Shown one piece after another: positions 20,013 through 29,607 of a DNA stretch of 62,824 nucleotides (the first letter of the stretch is position 1; the number at the start of each line of letters is the position of its first letter). The stretch spans positions 1-62,824 of the forward strand of contig JAGVXF010000010.1 of the NCBI GenBank assembly GCA_018303925.1. The letters are read 5' to 3'. The notes under the pieces were generated by a model. That model was not told where the DNA came from and did no database searches. It saw nothing but the letters and a program-made list of their open reading frames with translations. A program made the translations under genes and the position numbers. The stretch is from Candidatus Pacearchaeota archaeon. GTDB taxonomy: Archaea > Nanobdellota > Nanobdellia > Pacearchaeales > GW2011-AR1.

Positions 20013-20369
20013 TTAAAGAAATCCTCTTCCGTAAATCAAAGCTCCAATTACAACAAGAAGATGAACCATTATCCAGAGAAGATTAGTTATAATTATTGGT
20101 TTTTCTTTGTGAACAATTCCGTAAAACAGCCATATAATTGAAAGGAACGCAAAAGAAGCATAAGAAATCATAGAAACTCCGTCTGCGTTTTTTTCTATAA
20201 AGATTTTTAAGACCTGCGGAAGCATCATTATTGGTCCAATAATACTCACAATGTAAATTATTTTATCAAGAACTCGTATTTTTTTGTCTGGATTTGGAAA
20301 CTTTTCCCGTTTTAAGTTAATCCTCTTTCTTATGTGGAAATGTTGAAGTCCGTGTCCTTCAAATGTCAT
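20013..20369 (-). CDS. PQ-loop / SemiSWEET-like small membrane protein
   Basis: LPQVLKIFIEKNADGVS PQ-loop motif and three TM segments. Confidence 0.55.
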   Translation of the reverse strand: MTFEGHGLQHFHIRKRINLKREKFPNPDKKIRVLDKIIYIVSIIGPIMMLPQVLKIFIEKNADGVSMISYASFAFLSIIWLFYGIVHKEKPIIITNLLWIMVHLLVVIGALIYGRGFL

Positions 20370-20456
20370 AATTAATATAACAAAAAATTTAATATAAATC
20401 TTACTATATTTTTAAAATAATTAATCTTTTAAACAAATATCACTAAACAATTTTAA

Positions 20457-20527
20457 GCGGAAGTAGTTAAGTGGTAGAATGCAACCTTGCCAAGGTTGTG
20501 ACCCGGGTCCGATTCCCGGTTTCCGCA
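20457..20527 (+). tRNA. tRNA-Gly (GCC)
   Basis: Acceptor GCGGAAG/TTTCCGC, anticodon stem CAACC/GGTTG with loop TTGCCAA, T arm CCGGG-TCCGATT-CCCGG and discriminator A. No encoded CCA. Confidence 0.9.
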
Positions 20528-20583
20528 CTCTTTTTTGAGATGCAAAAGGTAACATTTTTATAAAAGCCTTTTCAATTATTTTA

Positions 20584-21096
20584 ATGGAAGATTTACATAA
20601 AAAATGGTCTCATCGATGGACGAATCCAAAATTAAAAGTATATAACTCCAAAATCCACGGGATTGGACTTGTTGCTATAAATAAAATAAAAAAAGATGAA
20701 ATGGTTTGCATTGTTGGGGGGATTATAGTTCCTGTTTCCGATATTGAGAATTATTGGAAAAGAGTTGGACACTTTGGAACACAAGTAAATGATAATTTTT
20801 ATATTGTGCCATCCACAAAAAAAGAGATTGAAATAGGGGGTGCATTTAACCATTCTTGTGATCCAAATGTTGGATGGGAAGGAGATATTAGGGCGGTAGC
20901 GATGAGAGAGATCAATGAAGGAGAAGAACTAACTATGGATTACGCCATGTATGATTCCAATATTGAAAAATTTAAGTGTTCTTGCGGATCTAAGAACTGT
21001 AGGGGTTTTATACAAGCGGGCGACTGGCAAAATAAAGAATTGCAGAAGAAATTTGGGAAGTATTTTTCTCCTTATTTAAAAAAGAAATTTATGTAG
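20584..21096 (+). CDS. SET-domain protein lysine methyltransferase
   Basis: NHSCDPN, ELTMDYA and a post-SET Cys cluster CSCGSKNCRG. Confidence 0.85.
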   Translation: MEDLHKKWSHRWTNPKLKVYNSKIHGIGLVAINKIKKDEMVCIVGGIIVPVSDIENYWKRVGHFGTQVNDNFYIVPSTKKEIEIGGAFNHSCDPNVGWEGDIRAVAMREINEGEELTMDYAMYDSNIEKFKCSCGSKNCRGFIQAGDWQNKELQKKFGKYFSPYLKKKFM

Positions 21097-21207
21097 ACGG
21101 TTTCCAGAGAATAAAAAGTGAAGAAATTCCCCTTTGAAATGAACACTTTTATTCTGTTATCGGTTTCCGCATATAGAAATTAACAGGATTATCTTTATGA
21201 TGTTTAT

Positions 21208-21612
21208 ATGCTTTGCTCGGTGAGAAATGCAACAGATGAAGAAAAAACATACTTATTGGATTGCAAAAGAAGGATTAAAGAAAAAGGGTTTAAAGTTCAT
21301 TACTTTGCCGAAACTCCTCCTGGAGATGAAATTGGTGGTTTTAGAATTGTGATGGACCATTGTAATGAAATTTTAAATTCAAGAACGGTTCATGCATATT
21401 TTAATCCATCTTCCAAAGGAAGTAAGTATGATTTCAGGAGCAGTTTAATTTAACATAGAAGAAAAGGATTAGATATTTTACTTATGAAACGGGAGCCTGT
21501 CCTAAAAATTGTTGAAGAGCAGAAGAAAAAAGGCATGACTAAAAGCTATGAAAGGGTTTTGATATATCTAAATTCAATTGCTGATAATACCGCTAGGATT
21601 GAACTTGATTAA
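21208..21612 (+). pseudogene. Hypothetical ORF interrupted by an in-frame TAA (21451-21453)
   Basis: The frame stays open for 8 codons upstream of the annotated ATG without a start codon. It also continues in frame after the TAA for 52 more codons (HRRKGLDILLMKREP...IELD). Confidence 0.3.
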
Positions 21613-21652
21613 GAAACCTTTTTAAAATAGTTAAGCAATTTATTTATTATCA

Positions 21653-21723
21653 GGTCCATTAGTCTAATGGCAGAACATCTCGTTTACACCGAGAAAACGG
21701 AGGTCCGATTCCTCCATGGACCA
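21653..21723 (+). tRNA. tRNA-Val (TAC)
   Basis: Acceptor GGTCCAT/ATGGACC, anticodon stem TCTCG/CGAGA with loop TTTACAC, T arm GGAGG-TCCGATT-CCTCC and discriminator A. The D stem is weak. Confidence 0.85.
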
Positions 21724-21757
21724 TTTCTCAGACCTATCATCCTCATTACATTCGATG

Positions 21758-21785
21758 GGAGGTCCGATTCCTCCATGGACCATTT
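21758..21785 (+). repeat. 28-nt exact duplicate of the tRNA-Val 3' end (T arm plus acceptor plus 3 nt)
   Basis: GGAGGTCCGATTCCTCCATGGACCATTT occurs at 21699-21726 and again at 21758-21785. Confidence 0.9.
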
Positions 21786-21858
21786 TATTTTTGTTTTTAT
21801 GCTCCAGCATAACCATTAAAAACTCACTTTGCTTTTGTTTATAAAGAGGGGACCATTT

Positions 21859-22407
21859 ATGGAAAAGGAAAGAAATTCTGAGAATCTCGGAAAGCTTTCT
21901 GATGTGGGGCTTTTTATTGAAAATTACGATTATATTTTTTCAGATTTTGATTCGAGATCTTATTCACAAAAACTTCTTTCAGAAGATCTGCTTAATGAAA
22001 TGAATAGGGCGAGTAAAGAAAAAAAATTCGGAGATATTGATTTAAAATTTCTTGTCCCAAAAAACAAAAGAGACTTCCGTAAAGAAAAGATAATCAAAGA
22101 AAGACTTAAAGAGCAGTTTAAAATTAATCTAAAAAATCTGGAACTAACACAAAAAAAGATATTAAAACAGGGAAGCCTGTTTCTTTTTTTTGGGGTAGTT
22201 TTTATGCTTATTGCAACTTTCTTTTTAACTCGCGGAAGTACAGATTATCTTCTCACTTTTTTATCTGTCTTGTCTGAACCAGCGGGATGGTTTTTATTCT
22301 GGGAAGGATTGAATTTGATCATTTTTCAATCCAAGAAAAAAGTTCCGGAGCTCGATTTTTATAAAAAAATGTCAAAGGCAAAAATAATTTTTGTGGATTT
22401 TGATTGA
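21859..22407 (+). CDS. Hypothetical membrane protein
   Basis: Start moved to MEKERN. Two C-terminal TM segments. Confidence 0.45.
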   Translation: MEKERNSENLGKLSDVGLFIENYDYIFSDFDSRSYSQKLLSEDLLNEMNRASKEKKFGDIDLKFLVPKNKRDFRKEKIIKERLKEQFKINLKNLELTQKKILKQGSLFLFFGVVFMLIATFFLTRGSTDYLLTFLSVLSEPAGWFLFWEGLNLIIFQSKKKVPELDFYKKMSKAKIIFVDFD

Positions 22408-22883
22408 AAATGAGAATTCTATTTGTTTGTAAGTATAATATAAGCAGAAGCCGGATGGCAGAATTCTTTTTTAATAAGCTTACAAAAAATAATTATGCAG
22501 AAAGCTGTGGAGTTTATCCTTATTATTATCTGAAAAAATATCATGCAAGAGTTCCAAAATGGGAGCCTGTTATAAGGGTTATGAAGGAGCAGGGAATTGA
22601 CGTTTCTAAATCCCTAATTAAAAAAGCCGACAAATCAAAAGTAAAAGATGCAGATATTATAATTGTAATAATGGAAAAATCGATGGCGGACAAAGATTTG
22701 CCGAATTATATTAAAAAGAGTAAAAAATTTAAACTTTGGGAAATAAGAGATATCCGCGGAACATCAAAATTTGATTACCAATATAATAAATATAAAGAGA
22801 ATAGAGATAAAATTTTCAGTTTAGTGGTAAATTTAATTAAATCTTTGGATGGCAAATCCAGATTTTCCCCCAAACTTTTATAA
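22404..22883 (+). CDS. Low-molecular-weight phosphotyrosine phosphatase / ArsC-like protein
   Basis: N-terminal VCKYNISRS fits the Cx5R(S/T) P-loop of LMW-PTP. Confidence 0.7.
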   Translation: MKMRILFVCKYNISRSRMAEFFFNKLTKNNYAESCGVYPYYYLKKYHARVPKWEPVIRVMKEQGIDVSKSLIKKADKSKVKDADIIIVIMEKSMADKDLPNYIKKSKKFKLWEIRDIRGTSKFDYQYNKYKENRDKIFSLVVNLIKSLDGKSRFSPKLL

Positions 22884-22905
22884 ACAACTCCTTTGTTTTT
22901 AATTC

Positions 22906-24672
22906 ATGGTTTCAAATACTGACTCTATTCCGGGAATGGATTTAAATTATTCCAAACCAAGCATCCCCAAAGTTAATCCAGAAGAAGAGAAAAAAAAATT
23001 TGAAAAAACAAAAAAAGAAATTGAAAAACTGAAAACTTTTGTACTTAAGAAATTCAGATATGTTCTTGCTTTTGGAATTCTACCTCCCCAGTCAATACCA
23101 AAGTTTATTGAAGAAGAAGAAGCCAGCCCCGAATCAAAGGATTCTGTTCATGTTGTAATTATTGTTCCCGATGAGAAAGCAAAAGAAGTTCCTAAAATAA
23201 AACAGGAAATAATAAAAGAAATTCAAAAATCAAAGGAAAAAGTCTGGCTGCACCTCATGACCCCATCCGAAATATGGGAAATCTGCATGGATCAAAAGTT
23301 TGAACTTTCAGGCGCGATTGCGATGAGTTACCCGATTTATGATAAAGGGATTCTGGGAGCCTTAAGAGTTTCAGAGATTCACAAATCTTTAGTTCTTCAG
23401 AAATTTGAAAAATATGTAGTAAGTTATGTTATTGGCGGGAGCCTGATAAGGGGCGATGCTGTGAAGACAAGTGATGTTGATGTGTTTGTTATAATTAATG
23501 ACACTGACGTTAAAAGAATGCCACGCCGTGAGCTTCTTGAAAGATTAAGAGGGATAATTTATCAGTATGTTGCAGAAGCAACCCAAATTGCAGGAGTTAA
23601 AAACCGTCTTGAACCCCAGATTTATCTTTTGACTGATTTTTGGGATGCAGTTAAAGATGCTCATCCGGTCATGTTCACTTTTATTCGTGACGGTGTTCCG
23701 CTTTATGACCGGGGAACCTTCATGCCTTGGAAATCTTTACTGAGAATGGGAAAACTTAAACCTTCTCCTGAGGCAATTGATATGTTTATGAGCATGGGTG
23801 ACGGGATAATTCAAAGAAGCAAAAGAACCCTTTTGTCTGATATTTTTACAAATATTTTCTGGGGTGTAACAACCCCCGCCCAGGCAATCTTAATGCTTGG
23901 GGGATATCCTCCGCCGGCTTCAAAGGAGCTTGTCAATGCATTCAAAAAAGCATTTTTTGACACAAAAATGATTGAAAAGACATATGTTGACTTTCTTGAA
24001 AAGGTTGTTAAAACGTGGAAGGATTACGAGCACGAGAAAATAAAAGAGATTTCCGGAAAAGAAATTGATTCACTTTTAAAGGAAACCGAAGAATATTTGA
24101 AAAGGCTTAAAGAACTAAGAAAAGAGATTGAAGCCAAATTCCAGGAAAAAACAATCCATCAGATATACGGGGATGTTATTGAACTCCTAAAGAACATTAT
24201 GGGGGAAAAATCCCAGAAGAATCTAGTTAAAGAATTTGAAAAAGAATACATTAAAAAAGCCAAATTTACAAACCAGCACTTAAGGATTTTAAAAGATGTT
24301 GTTAAAACTAAAAAAGAATTTAATAAGAAAATTTCTGACTCCCATAAAATTGATAGAGTAAGAAAAGACGCCGAAATTCTTGTTAAAGATTTGATTGAAT
24401 ACATACAAAGAAAAGACTTAATTTCCATTAATAAGGGGAAAATGATTCTTAATTTTAAAGACAAAAAAATTGAAATTGTAAATGCGGACGGGAAAACTTT
24501 CCTTTTTGAAGGAAATTCCATTAAAAAGGTCAGGGAGAAAATTGAGGAATCAAGTCTTGAAGAGCTTGAAAAAGCGCTTGCGAATCAAAAAGACAAAACC
24601 CAGTTTGAAATTAATTCAAAAGTATTTGATGTGCTGAAAAAAGCCTATGGGGATTTTGAGATTGTGTTTTAA
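22906..24672 (+). CDS. Pol-beta-superfamily nucleotidyltransferase domain protein with a long helical C-terminal region
   Basis: GGSLIRGDAVKTSDVDVFVII is the GS...DxD nucleotidyltransferase motif. Region-level similarity to the 30474-31346 product. Confidence 0.6.
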   Translation: MVSNTDSIPGMDLNYSKPSIPKVNPEEEKKKFEKTKKEIEKLKTFVLKKFRYVLAFGILPPQSIPKFIEEEEASPESKDSVHVVIIVPDEKAKEVPKIKQEIIKEIQKSKEKVWLHLMTPSEIWEICMDQKFELSGAIAMSYPIYDKGILGALRVSEIHKSLVLQKFEKYVVSYVIGGSLIRGDAVKTSDVDVFVIINDTDVKRMPRRELLERLRGIIYQYVAEATQIAGVKNRLEPQIYLLTDFWDAVKDAHPVMFTFIRDGVPLYDRGTFMPWKSLLRMGKLKPSPEAIDMFMSMGDGIIQRSKRTLLSDIFTNIFWGVTTPAQAILMLGGYPPPASKELVNAFKKAFFDTKMIEKTYVDFLEKVVKTWKDYEHEKIKEISGKEIDSLLKETEEYLKRLKELRKEIEAKFQEKTIHQIYGDVIELLKNIMGEKSQKNLVKEFEKEYIKKAKFTNQHLRILKDVVKTKKEFNKKISDSHKIDRVRKDAEILVKDLIEYIQRKDLISINKGKMILNFKDKKIEIVNADGKTFLFEGNSIKKVREKIEESSLEELEKALANQKDKTQFEINSKVFDVLKKAYGDFEIVF

Positions 24673-24724
24673 GGAATTCTCATTGATAAAAGAAATGAAG
24701 AAATTGTGTAACCTTGCCTGAAGC

Positions 24725-25915
24725 CTAACTTTTAAGGTGTTTTCTCTCCTTTATCAAAATAAAAAGTGAAACGAGAGTTATTGCGGTTATTACAATATAA
24801 GCATTTGTTATATTTATTGAGTCAATTAAAAGCCCAAAAAGTATCGGACCGATTATTATTCCAAGTGCAGCAATTCCGATCAAGGAACCGTCGACTTCTC
24901 CGATATGAGACCTATTTGCAATCCTTGTTATCATTCCTTTGTTTGTCAAAGAGATTAATTCAAAAACAACACTTGAAAAGAACATTACAGCAAGAAGAAC
25001 AATATAATTTTTGAAAAAGATAAGGCACAACAAGATTAAAATCAGAGCGATAATTCCAAAAAAATATATTTTTCCTTTTTTTCTGTCGGCAATTTTTCCA
25101 AGATTTTTTCCAAACATTAGGGGGACTGAATAAACCAGGGCAAGGAGCGCAGCACCAATCAGTCCATTTCCCCCAAGATAAGCTGAAATAGGAACAAAAA
25201 AGTAAATGATTGAATTCAGAATTCCGAATACAAAAGCAAGAATGGCAATCAGTTTTAACCTTTTGTTAAAGTGTTTAATTTCCTTAAACATTTTTAAATA
25301 TGCCTTTTCAACTGAAAACCTGACTTTTTTCTTTTTCTTGTTTTTTTCTTTTAACTTTAAAACAACCAAGAATGAAATAAGAGATGTCGGGGCTATAAAA
25401 AATAGAAGTTCATGAATTTTGACATTGAAGAACTGAACCATTGCAAAACCAAGCAGAACAGCAAAAATCCACCAAAGGATTGTTATAAGGTCAAACCTGC
25501 CAAACACGCGTGAAGTTTCTCCTTTTGATGAATGCCTCATGAAATAAGATTCTCTTCCGATTTGGTCCAGAGAATATGATACTCCATTAAGGCCTCTTGA
25601 AATTACTATAAAAATTACGAGGCCTGCAAGTCCTGCCAAAAAATATCCCAACCCTATAAAAATGTAAATTATCATTGCTGCAAGAATCATCCTTTTTGCC
25701 TTGAAATTGTCTGCAAGATATGCTGAAATTGGAAGGGATAAAAAGAAAACGATATTGAAAACAGATGCTAAAAATCCAGTTTCCAAAAAATTTGTAGAGA
25801 ACAAAAGGAGGAAAATAGGGATAAATGCTTCTCCTAACCCCCATCCAAACCATCTTATTGAGGTGCTCAAAGTCAAAAGGTTTATTCCTTTTGGAATATT
25901 TTTTCTTTTTAGCAT
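24725..25915 (-). CDS. MFS-type transporter
   Basis: About 12 hydrophobic segments with a central basic loop (KEKNKKKKKVR), 396 aa. Confidence 0.75.
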   Translation of the reverse strand: MLKRKNIPKGINLLTLSTSIRWFGWGLGEAFIPIFLLLFSTNFLETGFLASVFNIVFFLSLPISAYLADNFKAKRMILAAMIIYIFIGLGYFLAGLAGLVIFIVISRGLNGVSYSLDQIGRESYFMRHSSKGETSRVFGRFDLITILWWIFAVLLGFAMVQFFNVKIHELLFFIAPTSLISFLVVLKLKEKNKKKKKVRFSVEKAYLKMFKEIKHFNKRLKLIAILAFVFGILNSIIYFFVPISAYLGGNGLIGAALLALVYSVPLMFGKNLGKIADRKKGKIYFFGIIALILILLCLIFFKNYIVLLAVMFFSSVVFELISLTNKGMITRIANRSHIGEVDGSLIGIAALGIIIGPILFGLLIDSINITNAYIVITAITLVSLFILIKERKHLKS

Positions 25916-25987
25916 TAATAATTTAGGGGATGCGAGTTTAAAATCTTATTTTTTAATTAATTTTTCAAGATATCTATTAGGGCATTC

Positions 25988-26368
25988 TCACTTCTTTTTA
26001 AAAATAAAAAATCCAAGCCACGAAAACAAAGCTCCTATTGCTGCATATATCAGCGGGAGAATAATTATATTCAGGTAAATTCCTATTTGAATTATTGTCA
26101 TTGAAGCATTTGTGTCAATTCCCTGTTGTGCTGCAGCCTGTAGAATTTCAGCAATTCTTTCAGGGAAAAGGTAAAATGATAAAATTCCCAGAACTGCCGA
26201 TATAAGTCCTGCAATAATTCCTGCCCAGGCTCCGGCTTTTCCAGATTTAACAACCGTCTTTTTTTTGCGGGAAATTTTGTATCCAATGAAGCCGAAAACA
26301 AAAAGAGTCACGGCAATTGAAAGTATTGACGACAAAGTTACTTCGATTAAATTAGTCAAGGGAAGCAT
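25988..26368 (-). CDS. Hypothetical 4-TM membrane protein
   Basis: Hydrophobic throughout; no motif. Confidence 0.5.
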   Translation of the reverse strand: MLPLTNLIEVTLSSILSIAVTLFVFGFIGYKISRKKKTVVKSGKAGAWAGIIAGLISAVLGILSFYLFPERIAEILQAAAQQGIDTNASMTIIQIGIYLNIIILPLIYAAIGALFSWLGFFIFKKK

Positions 26369-26505
26369 TAAAGTGATTAGTGAATATACAAGTAAACAAT
26401 TATCGAAGTTTCGATGAATTCCCGATATTGTGCAAGACCTTTTTTATTTTCCACAAGTTTATCGAGAGAAGGAGGTTATTTAAATTTAACTTTTCTTTTT
26501 ATTTT

Positions 26506-27615
26506 ATGAAATCCCTTTTTATATTGGGCAGAAATATTGAACTTTCAAAAGCAGAAGTTTTTTCGCATTTTGAGAAAGAAGGAAATAAAATAACTGAATC
26601 AAGTCTCATTGAAAATGGGCTTTTAATTGATTCAAAAAATCTTCTCAATAATAATATTGTGGATAATTTTGGGGGGATTATTTCAATCGGGGAAGTTTTG
26701 GCATCAGGGAGTTTTAAAGAAGTATCTGATAAGATTGAAAGTTTAAATTTGTATATGGGAGCCGAAAATAAACTGAATTATGCAATTTGGGATTTTTCTC
26801 CTAGTTATGATTTAATTGCTGAAACTTTAAAAGAAAAATTCAGGCGTGAAAAATTAAAAGCAACTCTTAAACATTTGGCCGGAAACATAAAACTTCAGGG
26901 AGGGGGCAGAATGAAAATTCCTTCTTCAAAATTGATTGGCGAGGAGTTTTTTGTATATGATTATAAAGATAAAATTTTATTTGGAAGAATCGTTGAAAAT
27001 TGCGATTATGAAAAAATTGAAAAACGGGACATGAATAAGCCTGTGAGGCGCGAATCTCTTGCTATTTCCCCGCGTCTTGCAAAAATTTTGATTAATTTAT
27101 CCTGTGTAAAAAAAGGAGAAACATTGCTTGACCCATTTTGCGGAGTGGGGACGGTTTTATCTGAGGCGCTTCTTCAAAAAGTTAAAGTAATTGGTATTGA
27201 CCGGGACAAAAATGCTATTAATAATGCTCAGAAAAATATGGAATGGTTCAGATTTAACAAAAACGATTATGACCTAATTAATGCGGATTCTTCAAATGAA
27301 ACAATAAAAGGAGCGGACGCAATTGCAACCGAACCTGATTTGGGAGAGACATTAAAAAAAACCCCTCAAAAAAAAGAGGCAAAAAAAACCCTTGAAAGAT
27401 TTGAAAATTTAATAATTCGTGTTATTAATAATTTTAAGAATGAACTTTCAGGCAGAATTGTCTTTACTTCGCCTTACATAAGAGTCGGCAAAAAGAGAAG
27501 CAAATGCGACATAGAAAAAATTCTAAAAGCCACAGGATATCATGCGATTTATGAAATTCCCGAGTTTCGGGAAAACCAGATTGTCGGAAGAATGATTTAT
27601 GTTTTGGAAAAGTGA
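26506..27615 (+). CDS. SAM-dependent RNA (tRNA m2G-type, Trm11/Trm14-like) methyltransferase
   Basis: LLDPFCGVGTVLSEA (motif I) and IGIDRD. Start set at the ATG at 26506, downstream of the TATA-like TTTAAATTT. Confidence 0.65.
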   Translation: MKSLFILGRNIELSKAEVFSHFEKEGNKITESSLIENGLLIDSKNLLNNNIVDNFGGIISIGEVLASGSFKEVSDKIESLNLYMGAENKLNYAIWDFSPSYDLIAETLKEKFRREKLKATLKHLAGNIKLQGGGRMKIPSSKLIGEEFFVYDYKDKILFGRIVENCDYEKIEKRDMNKPVRRESLAISPRLAKILINLSCVKKGETLLDPFCGVGTVLSEALLQKVKVIGIDRDKNAINNAQKNMEWFRFNKNDYDLINADSSNETIKGADAIATEPDLGETLKKTPQKKEAKKTLERFENLIIRVINNFKNELSGRIVFTSPYIRVGKKRSKCDIEKILKATGYHAIYEIPEFRENQIVGRMIYVLEK

Positions 27616-27619
27616 AAAT

Positions 27620-27928
27620 TTAACCCGAAATTAAATCCAAGGGAATTCTGGACACATCTGCCTTGTATTCAAAATCTCCTATGTCTGTTTCAAATTTGCG
27701 CGTTAGGTTTTTTTCAAATGATTTGATTTTTCTTGGAAGTTTGTCTTTAATCACTTTTCCATTAAAAAAAGGATTTTTTAAGGTTTCTTCTATATGTTCT
27801 TCATTATTTAGGACAGCTCCCACTTTAAAATTTCCAAAAAGATTAGTGCAATAGATTATATAAAATGAGATTGGTTTTGTCTCTTTTAAATTTCTATTTT
27901 GCGTTTCCTTAAATATATATACTGCCAT
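27620..27928 (-). CDS. Hypothetical protein
   Basis: 102-codon ORF; no motif. Confidence 0.35.
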   Translation of the reverse strand: MAVYIFKETQNRNLKETKPISFYIIYCTNLFGNFKVGAVLNNEEHIEETLKNPFFNGKVIKDKLPRKIKSFEKNLTRKFETDIGDFEYKADVSRIPLDLISG

Positions 27929-28086
27929 AAGTTTTTTTAGTTTTCATCATATATAAAGTTTTATTTTCAAAAAAGTATAAAAGAAAATTTTATGTAAAAA
28001 GTTTTATAAACCAATTTCTCAATAATCTAACATGACAAGAGTAAATCCAAGAGGATTTTCACTCATTCACTTACGGGAGTAATCAA

Positions 28087-28344
28087 ATGAAAGGAAGAGT
28101 AATTCAGTTTAGAAGAGGAAGGCACATTATCCATGAAAAGCATATGTTAATTGAAGTAGAAGGCGTTGACTCAAAGGAAAAAGCGGAAAAATTAGTCGGA
28201 AAATCAGTTGAATGGAAGTCTCCTGCCGGAAAAGTCATATCTGGTAAAATTGTTGCCCCCCATGGATCTAAAGGAGTTTTGCGGGCAATTTTTGAGAAAG
28301 GTTTGCCGGGACAGGCTGTCACAACGGAGGTTAAAATAAAATGA
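28087..28344 (+). CDS. rpl35ae: Ribosomal protein L35Ae
   Basis: 85 aa; the GRVIQFRRGRH...GKSVEWKSPAGKVISGKIVAPHG pattern is typical of eL33/L35Ae. Confidence 0.9.
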   Translation: MKGRVIQFRRGRHIIHEKHMLIEVEGVDSKEKAEKLVGKSVEWKSPAGKVISGKIVAPHGSKGVLRAIFEKGLPGQAVTTEVKIK

Positions 28345-28661
28345 AAGAAGTAGAAATTCAAAAAGAGAATGAATTTTTTGTTAATTTTTTTCTTAGAAAA
28401 CTTTATGGAGCTCCTTACGGATACTCAGGAAACGATAAAGGTTTTTTGACTAAATACTACCCCTGTCTTGAAATACAAGATGTGAAGGCTTTAGGTGGCG
28501 ATGAGTCAAGACAAAAAATAATCTTTTTAGATTCGGTTAATAATGAAATTAAAAAAGAATTGACAAAACTTGCGGGTGCTTCTGAATTATCTCCCTATGC
28601 AACTTTGCCTAAAATAGAAAAAATTGTTAAAAACTTTAAATTTTTTTGGGGACGGGATTAA
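28341..28661 (+). CDS. Hypothetical protein
   Basis: Overlaps the neighbouring ribosomal-protein genes by a few nt (operon-like). Confidence 0.4.
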   Translation: MKEVEIQKENEFFVNFFLRKLYGAPYGYSGNDKGFLTKYYPCLEIQDVKALGGDESRQKIIFLDSVNNEIKKELTKLAGASELSPYATLPKIEKIVKNFKFFWGRD

Positions 28662-29206
28662 TGGCATCACTCCGAAAAGCAAATGCATATTCAAAAAGAC
28701 GTGTTACACCCTTTACAAGAGTCAGCAGAAAGAGACAAAAGTCTTTTATTAAAGTTGTACCCCCTCAAAGTATTGTTAAGTTTGAAATGGGAAAAGCATC
28801 TCTTGTAAATGAAGGAAAACTTCCTCATGTTTTGAGGGTAGTTGCAACGGAACAAGTTCAGGTCAGGCATAATGCTCTTGAATCATGCAGGCAGTACATA
28901 AATAAAAAACTTGACAGTGAGCTTAACGGGCAATACCTGTTTAAGGTTGTTCCTTTTCCCCATCACATTCAAAGAGAAAACAAAATGCTTACTGGTGCGG
29001 GAGCTGACCGTATGCAAACTGGAATGCAGCTTTCCTTTGGAAAATCCATCGGAAAAGCCGCGATTTTAAAATCCGGAAAAGAGCTTTTCATTTTCCGTTT
29101 GCCTAACGAAAAAGCGGTTCAAATTGCAAGAATTTTGATAAAACAAATTGATCCCAAGCTTCCCGGGGGAATAAGAACCGATTACGAATTTCTTGGAAGC
29201 AAATAA
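28661..29206 (+). CDS. rpl10e: Ribosomal protein L10e (uL16)
   Basis: MASLRKANAYSKR...FPHHIQRENKMLTGAGADRMQTGM is typical of archaeal L10e. Start set at the internal ATG. Confidence 0.9.
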   Translation: MASLRKANAYSKRRVTPFTRVSRKRQKSFIKVVPPQSIVKFEMGKASLVNEGKLPHVLRVVATEQVQVRHNALESCRQYINKKLDSELNGQYLFKVVPFPHHIQRENKMLTGAGADRMQTGMQLSFGKSIGKAAILKSGKELFIFRLPNEKAVQIARILIKQIDPKLPGGIRTDYEFLGSK

Positions 29207-29270
29207 TTGTTACTATTTCTAAGATACGACATACCAAAAGATTTATAAAGTTTGGAATTGTGGATTTTTT

Positions 29271-29606
29271 ATGATAAACATTCATCAAGGTGATTCTGAT
29301 TTGAACGCCCAGAAAAGAAAGTACAAAATTCATGATAAAAGGAACCCCATTATAGAAAATTCGAATGAAAACAATAAAGTGGAATCAAAAATTGAGAAGA
29401 TGATTGAAAACAATCAAGGAGATTTGAAGGTTTTATCAAAAGGTTCAATGAATACTGTAGATCTTGGTTTGTATAATAGTTTTAACTTTAAACCTACTTT
29501 TGGCACCCTTGCAGAGGGAAAAGATATGCTTATTTATGTAAAATACTCGCCAGAAGATGAAACATACAGTTTTACCATGTATAAAGATAAGGAGAAAAAG
29601 CAATAA
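29271..29606 (+). CDS. Hypothetical protein
   Basis: 111-codon ORF; no motif. Confidence 0.35.
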   Translation: MINIHQGDSDLNAQKRKYKIHDKRNPIIENSNENNKVESKIEKMIENNQGDLKVLSKGSMNTVDLGLYNSFNFKPTFGTLAEGKDMLIYVKYSPEDETYSFTMYKDKEKKQ

Positions 29607-29607
29607 A

